Positions 1-9,877 of a stretch of 64,000 bases of DNA are shown here, in pieces. The DNA is taken from assembly GCA_963662585.1 (NCBI GenBank), contig OY759729.1, positions 1,856,001 to 1,920,000 on the forward strand, written 5' to 3'. A program made the translations under genes and the position numbers. This DNA comes from Candidatus Cloacimonadales bacterium. GTDB lineage: Bacteria > Cloacimonadota > Cloacimonadia > Cloacimonadales > JAFGVF01. The notes under the pieces were generated by a model. The model did no database searches and was not told the DNA's origin. It saw only the letters and a list, made by a program, of their open reading frames with translations. Every line of letters begins with the position of its first letter. The first letter of the stretch is position 1.

Positions 1-273
1 AAGTTAAGGGAAAATTTAGAAGAAATTACTAAAAAGTTGGCTCTGTAAAAGAGTAAATTTAAGAAGTTATTGGAAAATTTTTAAGAAAAAAGATAAAAAA
101 AATAATTCTGTAAAAAATATTATTAAAATATTATTAGACAAGAATTTATTGTCCATATAGCAAATATTGAATAAAGCTACTAACAATCGCTATTTGTGTC
201 ATTTTTATGATGATATGAGCGAGCATCAATTTGAGTCAACTTATTGATTCATAACATTTTTTCAAAAAAGTAT

Positions 274-301
274 TTGACATGAAAACGGGTAAAATAATGC
301 T
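274..301 (+). promoter_or_regulatory. Putative sigma70-type promoter for the tRNA-tuf cluster
   Basis: TTGACA at 274-279, then TAATGCT after 15 nt. A second TTGACA lies at 355-360. Confidence 0.4.
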
Positions 302-396
302 TGTCTAAGAATTTGGTGCGATATTTGAAAAATACAGAGTGTGAAAAAAAAGTCTTGACAAGAAAAGTGAGTTTGATTTTATAGCAATACATTCAC

Positions 397-471
397 GCCA
401 ACGTGGCTCAATGGTAGAGCAGCTGATTTGTAATCAGCAGGTTGGGGGTTCGATTCCCTTCGTTGGCTCCA
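397..471 (+). tRNA. tRNA-Thr(TGT)
   Basis: GCCAACG/CGTTGGC acceptor stem, anticodon arm CTGAT-TTGTAA-TCAG, GGTTCGATTCC T-arm, encoded CCA. Confidence 0.97.
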
Positions 472-478
472 TAATTGT

Positions 479-563
479 GGAGAGGTTCCCGAGCGGTCAA
501 AGGGAACAGACTGTAAATCTGTCGGCGAAGCCTTCGGAGGTTCAAATCCTCCTCTCTCCACCA
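479..563 (+). tRNA. tRNA-Tyr(GTA)
   Basis: GGAGAGG/CCTCTCTCC acceptor stem, ACAGA-CTGTAAA-TCTGT anticodon arm, long variable arm, CCA end. Confidence 0.97.
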
Positions 564-619
564 TTTTTTTTTGTGAATGAAAAGCTATTTTAAAAATAAA
601 TAGAATTACGAGCCGAAAA

Positions 620-696
620 GCGGGAGTAGCTCAGTTGGCTAGAGCATCAGCCTTCCAAGCTGAGGGTCGCGGGTTCGAATCCCGTTTCCCGCTCCA
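620..696 (+). tRNA. tRNA-Gly(TCC)
   Basis: GCGGGAG/TTCCCGC acceptor stem, TCAGC-CTTCCAA-GCTGA anticodon arm, GGTTCGAATCC, CCA end. Confidence 0.97.
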
Positions 697-709
697 TTTT
701 TTTTGAGAT

Positions 710-785
<76 letters not shown>

Positions 786-974
786 CTTGAAAATAATAAT
801 TAGAAACAATTACTAAGATAAATTCATTAACATAACATATTGCGAAAAAAAGAATTTGTTGTTAGTATAAAATAGGGAAGAGACCGCACAAGTGCGGTGT
901 ATTTGTGTTTACACGAAATCCTTATAGACCTAAAACTGAAAAATAAGAAAAGATAACTAAATCCGGGAGGAAAC

Positions 975-2156
975 ATGGCAAAGCAAAAATTTGTTAGAAC
1001 AAAACCTCATGTTAATGTTGGAACTATTGGTCACGTTGATCATGGTAAAACAACTTTAACTGCTGCAATAACACTATATTTAAGTAAGAAAACTGGTGCT
1101 GCATTCAGATCATTCGACTCAATTGATAATGCACCTGAAGAAAAAGAGCGTGGAATTACTATTGCTACAGCTCACGTTGAATATGAATCAGATAAACGCC
1201 ACTATGCTCACGTTGACTGCCCAGGTCACGCTGACTATGTGAAAAATATGATTACAGGTGCTGCTCAGATGGACGGTGCTATCCTAGTTGTTAGTGCTGC
1301 TGACGGTCCTATGCCTCAAACAAAAGAACACATTCTTCTTGCAAGACAGGTTGGTGTTCCAGCTATGGTTGTATTTATGAACAAATGTGACCTTGTTGAT
1401 GATGAAGAACTTCTCGAATTAGTTGAAATGGAAGTTAGAGAACTTCTTGAAAAATATGGTTTCCCAGATGATGTTCCATTTATTCATGGTTCAGCTCTTA
1501 AAGGTCTTAATGGAGACCCAGAAGGCGAAGCTCAAATTCAAGAACTCGTTGATGCAATTGACGCATATATTCCAGAACCAGACAGAGATGTGGACAAACC
1601 ATTCTTGATGCCTGTTGAAGATGTATTCTCAATTCCTGGTCGTGGAACAGTTGCTACTGGTCGTGTTGAACGCGGTGTAGTTAAAACTGGTGACAAAATC
1701 GAAAGAGTTGGTATCAGAGAAACTGTTGAAACAACTTGTACTGGTGTTGAAATGTTCAGAAAAATCATGGATCAAGCTGAAGCTGGTGATAATATCGGTT
1801 GTCTTCTTCGTGGTTTTGCTAAAACTGACATTGAAAGAGGTATGGTTCTTGCTAAACCAAAATCAGTTAAACCTCACACTAAATTTACAGGCGAAACTTA
1901 TATCCTCACAAAAGATGAGGGTGGAAGACACAAACCATTCTTCGATGGTTACAGACCTCAATTCTACTTCAGAACAACTGATGTTACTGGTTCTTTGAAA
2001 CTTCCTGAAGGTGTAGAAATGATTATGCCTGGTGATAATGTTTCTATCGGCGCAGAACTTATCGTTCCTATCGCTTTAGAACAAGGTTTACGCTTCGCTA
2101 TCCGTGAAGGTGGAAGAACTATCGGTGCTGGTGTTGTTGCAACTGTAATTGACTAA
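975..2156 (+). CDS. tuf: Elongation factor Tu
   Basis: [14 protein letters not shown] and NKCD motifs; 393 aa; GGGAGG RBS. Confidence 0.99.
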   Translation: MAKQKFVRTKPHVNVGTIGHVDHGKTTLTAAITLYLSKKTGAAFRSFDSIDNAPEEKERGITIATAHVEYESDKRHYAHVDCPGHADYVKNMITGAAQMDGAILVVSAADGPMPQTKEHILLARQVGVPAMVVFMNKCDLVDDEELLELVEMEVRELLEKYGFPDDVPFIHGSALKGLNGDPEGEAQIQELVDAIDAYIPEPDRDVDKPFLMPVEDVFSIPGRGTVATGRVERGVVKTGDKIERVGIRETVETTCTGVEMFRKIMDQAEAGDNIGCLLRGFAKTDIERGMVLAKPKSVKPHTKFTGETYILTKDEGGRHKPFFDGYRPQFYFRTTDVTGSLKLPEGVEMIMPGDNVSIGAELIVPIALEQGLRFAIREGGRTIGAGVVATVID

Positions 2157-2186
2157 TTACGAAATAATCAGCTAAGAAGGTAAATA

Positions 2187-2336
2187 ATGAGAGATATCAT
2201 AATTCTGGAATGTACAGAGTGTAAAAACAGAAACTATACAACTACCAGAAATAAAAGAAAAAACCCGGGTAAACTGGAGTTAAAGAAATTCTGTCCAGCT
2301 TGTAGAAAACATACTACACATAAGCAGAATAAATAG
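2187..2336 (+). CDS. rpmG: 50S ribosomal protein L33, Zn-ribbon type (not in ORF track)
   Basis: Manual translation [49 protein letters not shown], with two CxxC pairs. Confidence 0.97.
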   Translation: MRDIIILECTECKNRNYTTTRNKRKNPGKLELKKFCPACRKHTTHKQNK

Positions 2337-2345
2337 TAGAAATAC

Positions 2346-2421
2346 AGGATAGTAGTTCAATTGGTAGAGCACTGGTCTCCAAAACCAGGTGTTGCGGGTT
2401 CGAGTCCTGCCTATCCTGCCA
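2346..2421 (+). tRNA. tRNA-Trp(CCA)
   Basis: AGGATAG/CTATCCT acceptor stem, CTGGT-CTCCAAA-ACCAG anticodon arm, CCA end; usual position between rpmG and secE. Confidence 0.97.
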
Positions 2422-2430
2422 AATAAATTA

Positions 2431-2466
2431 GGCAAAGTCAGTAGAAATATCTACTGGCTTTTTGCC
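2431..2466 (+). terminator. Stem-loop after tRNA-Trp (terminator or processing hairpin)
   Basis: AAAGTCAGTAGA-AATA-TCTACTGGCTTT followed by T residues. Confidence 0.55.
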
Positions 2467-2513
2467 CATTTAAAAAAATTTATAAAATCTGCAAAGAAAG
2501 ACGGAAAAATAAT

Positions 2514-2699
2514 ATGGAAAAAATATCAACTTTTTTGAAGGAAGTTCGCCAGGAACTTGTAACAATATCATGGCCTAAAAAGCCGGATATTTCAGAGGGT
2601 ACAACAGTTGTTCTAACTATGACTATTATTACAAGCATATTTTTAATGATAGTTGATGTAGTTTTTAATACCGTGATAACTGAAACCTTATTTAGATAA
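2514..2699 (+). CDS. secE: Preprotein translocase subunit SecE
   Basis: FLKEVRQELVTISWP motif, one TM helix, synteny with nusG. Confidence 0.95.
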   Translation: MEKISTFLKEVRQELVTISWPKKPDISEGTTVVLTMTIITSIFLMIVDVVFNTVITETLFR

Positions 2700-2712
2700 G
2701 GGGATAGTTATT

Positions 2713-3234
2713 ATGCAATGGTATGTTGTACACACTTTTTCATCTCATGAAAATAGAGTAAAAGAGACTATTGAAAAAAGTATTATTGGAACCGATTTAG
2801 AGGATTTAATCGGACAGATCTTGGTTCCAACTCAAAAGACATTTATTATCAGAGATGGAAAGAAAATAGAGACTGAGAAAAAAATATTTAATTCCTACAT
2901 AATTGTAGAAGCAGAAATGGAACCAAAGGTTTATGCTTACATCAAATCAATTTCAGGTGTTACTAACTTCTTAGGATATGGTAAAAAACCAATTCCTCTT
3001 GATGAAAAAGAAGTTAATAGATTACTTGGAATAAATGATAGAGATGATTCTACAACCCAATTTGATTTCATGCCTGGTGATATGGTTAAAATTATCGCAG
3101 GTGCTTTTACTGATTTTGAAGGTATCGTAGATAAAGTCGATCAATCTTCAGGAAAAATATCTGTTAATGTTTCCGTTTTCGGCAGGATTACTCCTGTAGA
3201 AGTTAACGGTGAACAGGTTGAAAGAAAAAAATAG
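2713..3234 (+). CDS. nusG: Transcription factor NusG
   Basis: WYVVHT N-terminus, KOW motif GDMVKIIAGAFTDFEG, VFGRITPVE. Confidence 0.97.
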   Translation: MQWYVVHTFSSHENRVKETIEKSIIGTDLEDLIGQILVPTQKTFIIRDGKKIETEKKIFNSYIIVEAEMEPKVYAYIKSISGVTNFLGYGKKPIPLDEKEVNRLLGINDRDDSTTQFDFMPGDMVKIIAGAFTDFEGIVDKVDQSSGKISVNVSVFGRITPVEVNGEQVERKK

Positions 3235-3302
3235 TTTAAGTTCAAAGTCCTAGGTTTTACTTTGAGCTTAAGACTTTGGACTAATAAAAAAAAGAGGTAG
3301 TT

Positions 3303-3734
3303 ATGGCTAAATTAAAAGGTGTAACACATGTTGTCAAACTTCAGTTACCTGCTGGAAAAGCAACCCCGGCACCTCCCGTGGGACCTGCATTAGGTCAGGC
3401 TGGAGTGAATATTCCTGATTTTTGTAAACAGTTTAATGCTAGAACAGCTGACCAACCGGGAATGATTTTCCCTGTTGTTATCAGTGTTTTCAAAAACAAG
3501 TCATTTGTATTTGAAATTAAGACTCCTCCAGCAGCTGTTCTTATTAGGAAAGAGGCTAACCTTGCAAAAGGTTCATCTGTTCCTAACAAGGATAAAGTTG
3601 GAAAGATTACTAAAGAACAATGCAAAAAGATCGCTGAATTAAAAGCACAAGATTTAAATAGTTTTTCCCTTGAATCTGCTATGCGCATGATCGCCGGGAC
3701 TGCAAGGAGTATGGGAGTATTAGTCGAGGACTAA
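3303..3734 (+). CDS. rplK: 50S ribosomal protein L11
   Basis: [15 protein letters not shown] and GTARSMG motifs. Confidence 0.99.
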   Translation: MAKLKGVTHVVKLQLPAGKATPAPPVGPALGQAGVNIPDFCKQFNARTADQPGMIFPVVISVFKNKSFVFEIKTPPAAVLIRKEANLAKGSSVPNKDKVGKITKEQCKKIAELKAQDLNSFSLESAMRMIAGTARSMGVLVED

Positions 3735-3792
3735 TGCTGACAATCAACAATATCTCAATTTGCAGGAGATTATAATCAAAGGAGAATAGTGG

Positions 3793-4500
3793 ATGAAGAG
3801 AAGTAAACGCTACAAAGAAGCATTTTCAAAGGTTGACCGTCAAAGTAGATATGATTTAGCAACTGCAATCAACTTGTTAAAGGAAGTTCCTGTAACAAAA
3901 TTTGATGAGACAGTAGAAATTCATATGAATCTTGGTGTCGATCCTAGAAAAGCTGATCAGCAAATTAGAAGCTCACTTGTTCTTCCTCATGGAACTGGAA
4001 AACAAGTAAGAGTTTTAGTTTTTGCTGAAGGAGAAAAAGCAGACCAAGCTAAAGCAGCTGGTGCAGAATTCGTTGGTGTCGATGAATATATTGACAAAAT
4101 AACCAAAGATAGCTGGATGGAATTTGATACTGTGATAGCTACTCCAAATTTAATGGGTAAAATTGGTAGATTAGGTAGAGTTCTCGGACCAAGAGGTCTT
4201 ATGCCTAACCCTAAAGTTGGAACCGTTACAATGGATGTAGAAACAGCAGTAAGAGAAGCAAAGTCCGGTAAAGTCGTATATAGGGTTGATAAATTTTCAA
4301 ACATACATGTTCCTGCAGGCAAATTAAGTTTTGAAATGGGTAACATTAAAGAAAATTTAATCACAATTATTGCAGCAATTTTGAAAGATAGACCTTCAAC
4401 AGTGAAAGGAACATTTATCAAAAGCATGACATTGACCTCAACCATGGGACCAGGTGTTAAACTTGATGTTGCAGGTGTAACCTTAGAAGCTAAATCATAG
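3793..4500 (+). CDS. rplA: 50S ribosomal protein L1
   Basis: KFDETVE, LPHGTGK, LGPRGLMPNPK, STMGPG motifs. Confidence 0.99.
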   Translation: MKRSKRYKEAFSKVDRQSRYDLATAINLLKEVPVTKFDETVEIHMNLGVDPRKADQQIRSSLVLPHGTGKQVRVLVFAEGEKADQAKAAGAEFVGVDEYIDKITKDSWMEFDTVIATPNLMGKIGRLGRVLGPRGLMPNPKVGTVTMDVETAVREAKSGKVVYRVDKFSNIHVPAGKLSFEMGNIKENLITIIAAILKDRPSTVKGTFIKSMTLTSTMGPGVKLDVAGVTLEAKS

Positions 4501-4509
4501 GAGAGGAAA

Positions 4510-5019
4510 ATGGTACAACCTTATAAAAAGAATTTAGTAAGTGAAATTAAAGAGCGACTTGACAGTGCTAAAGCGATAGTCTTAGTAGATTATAAGGGAA
4601 TTAATATTGAAGAAGTAGATCAACTTCGCAACAGATTTAGAAATAATGATGTTGATTATTTTGTTCAGAAAAACACATTAGTTAAGATAGCACTTAATGA
4701 ATTAGGAATCAAAGAATTAGATTCTTATTTAAAAGGACCAACCGGTGTAGCTGTCTGTAAAAGTGATGAAGTTTCTGCAGCAAGAGAAATGGCAACTTTC
4801 GTTAAAGAAGTTATGGAAGATAAGCCATTTCCAACATTCAAAGCTGGATTAGTTGATGGAGTATTATATCTGAACGAAGATCTTAGTAAACTTTCTAAAA
4901 TACCGTCTAGAGATGTATTGTTGGCTAAAATGTTTGGTAGCATGAAAGCCCCAATTTCAAGCTTCGTACGCTTAATTGATGCGATAGCTAAAAAAGACGA
5001 AGAAGCAAAAGCTGAATAA
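4510..5019 (+). CDS. rplJ: 50S ribosomal protein L10
   Basis: DYKGI, KNTL and GPT motifs; synteny. Confidence 0.96.
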   Translation: MVQPYKKNLVSEIKERLDSAKAIVLVDYKGINIEEVDQLRNRFRNNDVDYFVQKNTLVKIALNELGIKELDSYLKGPTGVAVCKSDEVSAAREMATFVKEVMEDKPFPTFKAGLVDGVLYLNEDLSKLSKIPSRDVLLAKMFGSMKAPISSFVRLIDAIAKKDEEAKAE

Positions 5020-5042
5020 AAAATATAATCATGGAGGAATAC

Positions 5043-5408
5043 ATGTCCGATAAAAAACAGCAAATTATTGATCTTGTAAAAGAGATGAGTGTAATGGAGT
5101 TATCCGAATTAGTTACTGAAATGGAAGAAATTTTTGGTGTATCAGCAGCAGCTGCTGTTGCTGTAGCTGCAGGACCTGCAGAAGCTGCAGAAGAACAAAC
5201 AGAATTTGATGTTATTCTTGTAAGCGCAGGAGCCAAGAAAATTAATGTAATTAAAGCAGTAAGAGAAATCACCAAACTTGGTTTAAAAGAAGCTAAAGAA
5301 ATGGTAGATACAGCTCCACAAAAAGTTGCTGAAGGCATTACTAAAGATGAAGCTGAAGCAATGAGAAAAACATTTGAAGACGCTGGTGCAACAGTAGAAG
5401 TCAAATAA
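5043..5408 (+). CDS. rplL: 50S ribosomal protein L7/L12
   Basis: [11 protein letters not shown] hinge and EFDVIL...KINVIKAVR...LGLKEAK C-terminal domain. Start placed at ATG 5043 after GGAGG (ORF track gives 5031). Confidence 0.98.
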   Translation: MSDKKQQIIDLVKEMSVMELSELVTEMEEIFGVSAAAAVAVAAGPAEAAEEQTEFDVILVSAGAKKINVIKAVREITKLGLKEAKEMVDTAPQKVAEGITKDEAEAMRKTFEDAGATVEVK

Positions 5409-5431
5409 AACAATTAGAAACTAGTATAGAT

Positions 5432-5468
5432 GGAAGTGAGCCGATAGGCTCATTTCCCTATTTTATTT
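5432..5468 (+). terminator. rplL-rpoB attenuator/terminator hairpin
   Basis: GGAAGTGAGCC-GATA-GGCTCATTTCC followed by a T-rich tract. Confidence 0.65.
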
Positions 5469-5600
5469 TAAGTTATTAGAAAACATAGTTTCGAAATCAA
5501 TGCCTTGTTAAATGAGTTTAACTGATAAATGGTTTCGTTTTTTTGTTAAAAAAAACAACAGTCGATCTTTAATCTATGAACATTATAAAGGAGTGGGCTT

Positions 5601-8600
5601 TTGAAAAAGTTCAAAAGTTATTCCAGAATATCCAAGAAATTTATCGAGTTGGGAATACCTCAAGTAGAAGTACCAAATCTTCTATCTATGCAGGTTGATT
5701 CTTTTGAAGATTTTATCCAAAAAGATGTTCATCCTCAACAGCGAAAGAATTTCGGATTACAAGCTGTTTTTGAGAATTTATTTCCCATAACAGACCCTAA
5801 AGAAAACTACGAGCTCGAATTTGTAGAATACCGAATCTTAAAAGAAAAATATTCAATTGATGAATGTATAGAAAGAAATTTATCGTACCAAGTTCCCTTA
5901 AAAATTAAATTAAGATTAAAAGTCTATGAAGTTGAAGAAGATGAAAATTTTGATATCATAGTAGAGAGTGTCGGTAGTAATGTAAATGATGTAAAGCAGT
6001 TTTTGATAACAGGTTTGAATTGGGATGAAGTTTCAGCTACTAATATACTGGAAGCAGTAGAGACCAATGAAGATACAAACAGGATTATAAACTCTTGTGA
6101 TGAAGCTGAAGATGCAAAACAAATTCTAAACACCTTAAAAACTTTCGGAGTAACAGGAAGAATCCAAAAGAGGATTGATAAAACAAGAACTCTGAGAGAT
6201 ATAATGGAACAAGAAGTTTTCTTAGGTGATATTCCTTTGATTACAGAGCAAGGTACTTTTGTAATTAACGGAGCTGAAAGAGTTATTATATCACAATTAC
6301 AACGCTCACCAGGTGTATATTTCTCAGAAGAGAAACACCCTAGTGGCAAGATGTTAATATCATCAAAAATAATTCCATATAATGGAAGCTGGTTGGAATT
6401 CCATATCGACATACATGATGTTGTTTATGTAAATATTGATAAAAGAAGAAAACTACCAGTATCAATTCTCTTAAGATCTGTTGGCTATATTCCAGAAAAC
6501 TATACTGAAATTCCGGAAGCAAGAGAGACCTTACGCCTTTCAGACGAGAAAGGAAATGTTTCTTTAAAAGCCAAAAACAGTTATTCTTACTTTGATATAT
6601 ATGACCCTCGTGAAGGTCATGAAGATAAACTGATAGTTTCAGCTAAAACTAAACTTAATAATGAATTAGTAGAAGAATTATTAAGTGTGGGTATAATTGA
6701 GATTGATACTATTAGTAATAAGTACATATCTACAGACAGAGTTCTTAGAGATGTATTTTATGACATCGAAGAGATGCCATTAGACAAAGCAGATAAGAGA
6801 TTTACTGCTTATGAGATAATAGGTTCAGATGGTGTTTTACTTGCTGAAGCTAATACTCAGATTGATAAAGATCTGATTACTGAGCTTACAGAAAAAGGTA
6901 TTAAAACTGTTAAAGTAGTCTCTGAAGACAGTGACTTTAATCGTAAGATACTTGAAAAAACACTATTAAAAGATCCTTCAAGGAATCAAGAAGAAGCTGC
7001 TCAAAAAATATATAGCTTAGTGAGACCTGGTGAAGATGAAGTTCCTATTGAAAATGCAATGGATCTAATTGATAAAATGTTCTTCAATTCTAAAAGATAT
7101 AATCTTGGTAATGTTGGACGCCATAAGTTAAATGCTAAACTAGATTTTGAGCATGATTATGGTACAAATGTCTTAACACAAAGAGATTTTACTGAAATTA
7201 TTCAGTATATGATCAGTATCTTTAAAGACGAAAAAGATGTAGATGATATAGATCACCTTGCTAACAGAAGAGTTAGAACAGTTGGTGAATTGTTAGAAGA
7301 ACAATATAAAACAGGTCTTTCAATGATCGCAAGAATCGCCTTAGAAAGAATGGCTATAGCGAATCCTGATGAAGTTACAGTGCATGATTTAATTAATAGT
7401 AATGCTCTTATAACTGTCATTGATTCTTTCTTCTTAACAGGTCAGTTGTCGCAGTTCATGGACCAAACAAACCCACTTTCAGCCCTAACACACAAGAGAA
7501 GATTGTCTGCTTTAGGACCTGGTGGTTTAGCTCGTGATAGAGCAGGATTCGAAGTTCGTGATATTCATTATTCACATTATGGAAGAATCTGTCCTATCGA
7601 AACACCTGAAGGCCCAAGTATTGGACTTTTAAACTCACCTGCGATTTATTCTCGCATTAATGAGTTTGGTTTCTTAGAAACACCTTATATTAAGGTTGAA
7701 AATGGTGTGATTACGAGTAGAGTTGATTATTTAGATGCTCATGAAGAGGATAAATATATCATAGCTCAACATGTAAATATTGATGATAATTTAGTAATTA
7801 CAGATAAATATGTATTTTGTCGTGAAAAAGATGAGTATGTCAATGTTACTCCTGAACAGATAGATTACATTGATGTATCACCTCAACAAGTTGTATCAGT
7901 ATCAGCAGCTCTAGTTCCTTTCTTGGAACATGATGATGCTAACCGTGCTTTGATGGGATCTAACATGCAGAGACAGTCTGTGCCGTTATTGAATCCTCAA
8001 ACTCCTATTATTGGTACAGGAATTGAGAAAATAGTAGCTCGTGAATCTGGTGCTGTTGTCTTGGCTCAATATGATGGGGAAGTTACTAGTGTGACTTCTG
8101 AATATATTGACATAAAGCCTGATTCAACAACAGATAATATTGATTTAATTGGAGATGAAAGAATTTATCTCAAGAAATATGTTAGATCAAACCAAGATAC
8201 TTGTATTAACCAACGCCCAATCGTTAGTATTGGAGATAAGGTTAAAAAAGGACAACCAATATCTGACGGACCTGGTGTCGAAGGCGATAGATTAGCCTTG
8301 GGTACAAATATGGTAGTTGCATTCATGCCTTGGTATGGATTCAACTATGAAGATGCTATTATTTTGAGTGAACATGTAGCTCGAAAAGATACACTTACTT
8401 CTATCTATATTGAAGAGTTAGAAGTTTTAGTTAGAGATTTAAAAAATGGTAAAGAAGAGTTAGCAAGTGATATTCCTAATGTCCCTGTTAATTCTTTAAG
8501 AAACTTAGATAAATCAGGTATTATCCGAGTTGGTTCAGTTATTACAGCAGGGGATATCATAGTTGGTAAAATTACACCAAAATCTGTGGAAATAGATCCT

Positions 8601-9845
8601 TCTCCTGAAGAGAATTTAATGCGTGCTTTATTCGGCGACAGAGCTGGAGATTATACTAATAGTTCATTGAAAGCAAAACCTGGAATGGAAGGTGTTGTTC
8701 TTGATGTTAAAGTGTTCTCTCGTTATGAAGACATGATTGAATTTGAGGAAGACCATAAAGCTCAAATAGCTAAACTCAAGAAAGATAATATTGAAAGAAA
8801 GAAAAAAATCGAAGCATTTAAGAAAGAAAAGCTTAGTGAACTCCTTATAGGTGAAGTAGCTAAGAATATCGTTGATTCTAAAGATGGCAGATTTTATATT
8901 CTTTCCGGTAAGAAAATTACAGCATCTGATCTAGAAAAGATTAATTTTACTAGAGTTAATTTAGATGTTGAAATGGTAGCAGATCCTGAGAAATATAGAG
9001 AAATTTACAGAACTGTAGCTTTAAAAGTTAATGAAGCTATGGAAGAGAGCGAAAATATCTATAAAAAATCAAGAGATAGAATTAAACATGGTGATGAACT
9101 TCCTTATGGTGTTCGCAAGATGGTTAAAGTCTATATTGCTAAGAAGAGAAAGATTCAAGTCGGCGATAAGATGGCGGGACGACATGGTAACAAAGGTGTT
9201 ATATCAATCGTAGCCCCAATTGAGGATATGCCATTCATGGGTGATGGTACTCCTGTGGATATCGTATTAAACCCACTTGGTGTTCCTTCTCGTATGAATA
9301 TTGGACAGATCATGGAGACTCACCTTGGTATGGCAGCAAAATCTTTAGGATTCCATGTGGAAACACCTATTTTTGATGGTGCTAAAATTGAAGATATTGA
9401 AGCTGAACTTAGAGAAGCTAATTTACCTACTGATGGTAAACAAGTCTTATATGATGGAAAAACTGGTGAGCCTTTCAAAGAGAGAGTTACAGTTGGTGTT
9501 ATGTATATGATGAAACTTAATCATTTGGTAGCAGATAAGATGCATGCCAGATCAACAGGACCATATTCATTAATTACTCAACAACCTCTTGGCGGTAAAG
9601 CACAACATGGTGGACAGCGTCTCGGAGAGATGGAGGTATGGGCTTTAGAAGCTTATGGTGCCGCTCATCTTCTAGAAGAGATGTTAACTATCAAATCTGA
9701 TGATGTTGATGGAAGAACTAATGCTTTTAAAGCAATAACAAATGGACAGAATCCACCTGCTCCAGGTACTCCTGAATCATTTAATGTCTTAATTAGTGAA
9801 TTAAAGTCTCTTGCTTTTGATATAGAGTTCTTGAAAGATGAGTAG
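5601..9845 (+). CDS. rpoB: RNA polymerase beta subunit, with insertions
   Basis: QLSQFMDQ..HKRR, GDKMAGRHGNKG and GEMEVWALE motifs; TTG start after AAGGAG. Confidence 0.99.
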   Translation: MKKFKSYSRISKKFIELGIPQVEVPNLLSMQVDSFEDFIQKDVHPQQRKNFGLQAVFENLFPITDPKENYELEFVEYRILKEKYSIDECIERNLSYQVPLKIKLRLKVYEVEEDENFDIIVESVGSNVNDVKQFLITGLNWDEVSATNILEAVETNEDTNRIINSCDEAEDAKQILNTLKTFGVTGRIQKRIDKTRTLRDIMEQEVFLGDIPLITEQGTFVINGAERVIISQLQRSPGVYFSEEKHPSGKMLISSKIIPYNGSWLEFHIDIHDVVYVNIDKRRKLPVSILLRSVGYIPENYTEIPEARETLRLSDEKGNVSLKAKNSYSYFDIYDPREGHEDKLIVSAKTKLNNELVEELLSVGIIEIDTISNKYISTDRVLRDVFYDIEEMPLDKADKRFTAYEIIGSDGVLLAEANTQIDKDLITELTEKGIKTVKVVSEDSDFNRKILEKTLLKDPSRNQEEAAQKIYSLVRPGEDEVPIENAMDLIDKMFFNSKRYNLGNVGRHKLNAKLDFEHDYGTNVLTQRDFTEIIQYMISIFKDEKDVDDIDHLANRRVRTVGELLEEQYKTGLSMIARIALERMAIANPDEVTVHDLINSNALITVIDSFFLTGQLSQFMDQTNPLSALTHKRRLSALGPGGLARDRAGFEVRDIHYSHYGRICPIETPEGPSIGLLNSPAIYSRINEFGFLETPYIKVENGVITSRVDYLDAHEEDKYIIAQHVNIDDNLVITDKYVFCREKDEYVNVTPEQIDYIDVSPQQVVSVSAALVPFLEHDDANRALMGSNMQRQSVPLLNPQTPIIGTGIEKIVARESGAVVLAQYDGEVTSVTSEYIDIKPDSTTDNIDLIGDERIYLKKYVRSNQDTCINQRPIVSIGDKVKKGQPISDGPGVEGDRLALGTNMVVAFMPWYGFNYEDAIILSEHVARKDTLTSIYIEELEVLVRDLKNGKEELASDIPNVPVNSLRNLDKSGIIRVGSVITAGDIIVGKITPKSVEIDPSPEENLMRALFGDRAGDYTNSSLKAKPGMEGVVLDVKVFSRYEDMIEFEEDHKAQIAKLKKDNIERKKKIEAFKKEKLSELLIGEVAKNIVDSKDGRFYILSGKKITASDLEKINFTRVNLDVEMVADPEKYREIYRTVALKVNEAMEESENIYKKSRDRIKHGDELPYGVRKMVKVYIAKKRKIQVGDKMAGRHGNKGVISIVAPIEDMPFMGDGTPVDIVLNPLGVPSRMNIGQIMETHLGMAAKSLGFHVETPIFDGAKIEDIEAELREANLPTDGKQVLYDGKTGEPFKERVTVGVMYMMKLNHLVADKMHARSTGPYSLITQQPLGGKAQHGGQRLGEMEVWALEAYGAAHLLEEMLTIKSDDVDGRTNAFKAITNGQNPPAPGTPESFNVLISELKSLAFDIEFLKDE

Positions 9846-9877
9846 AAATCGTTGGAACAGAAACGGAGGATTTCTCA

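Noticed and set aside
379..593. ORFs 379-564(-) and 411-593(+)
   Set aside because: They overlap tRNA-Thr and tRNA-Tyr and are shadow translations.
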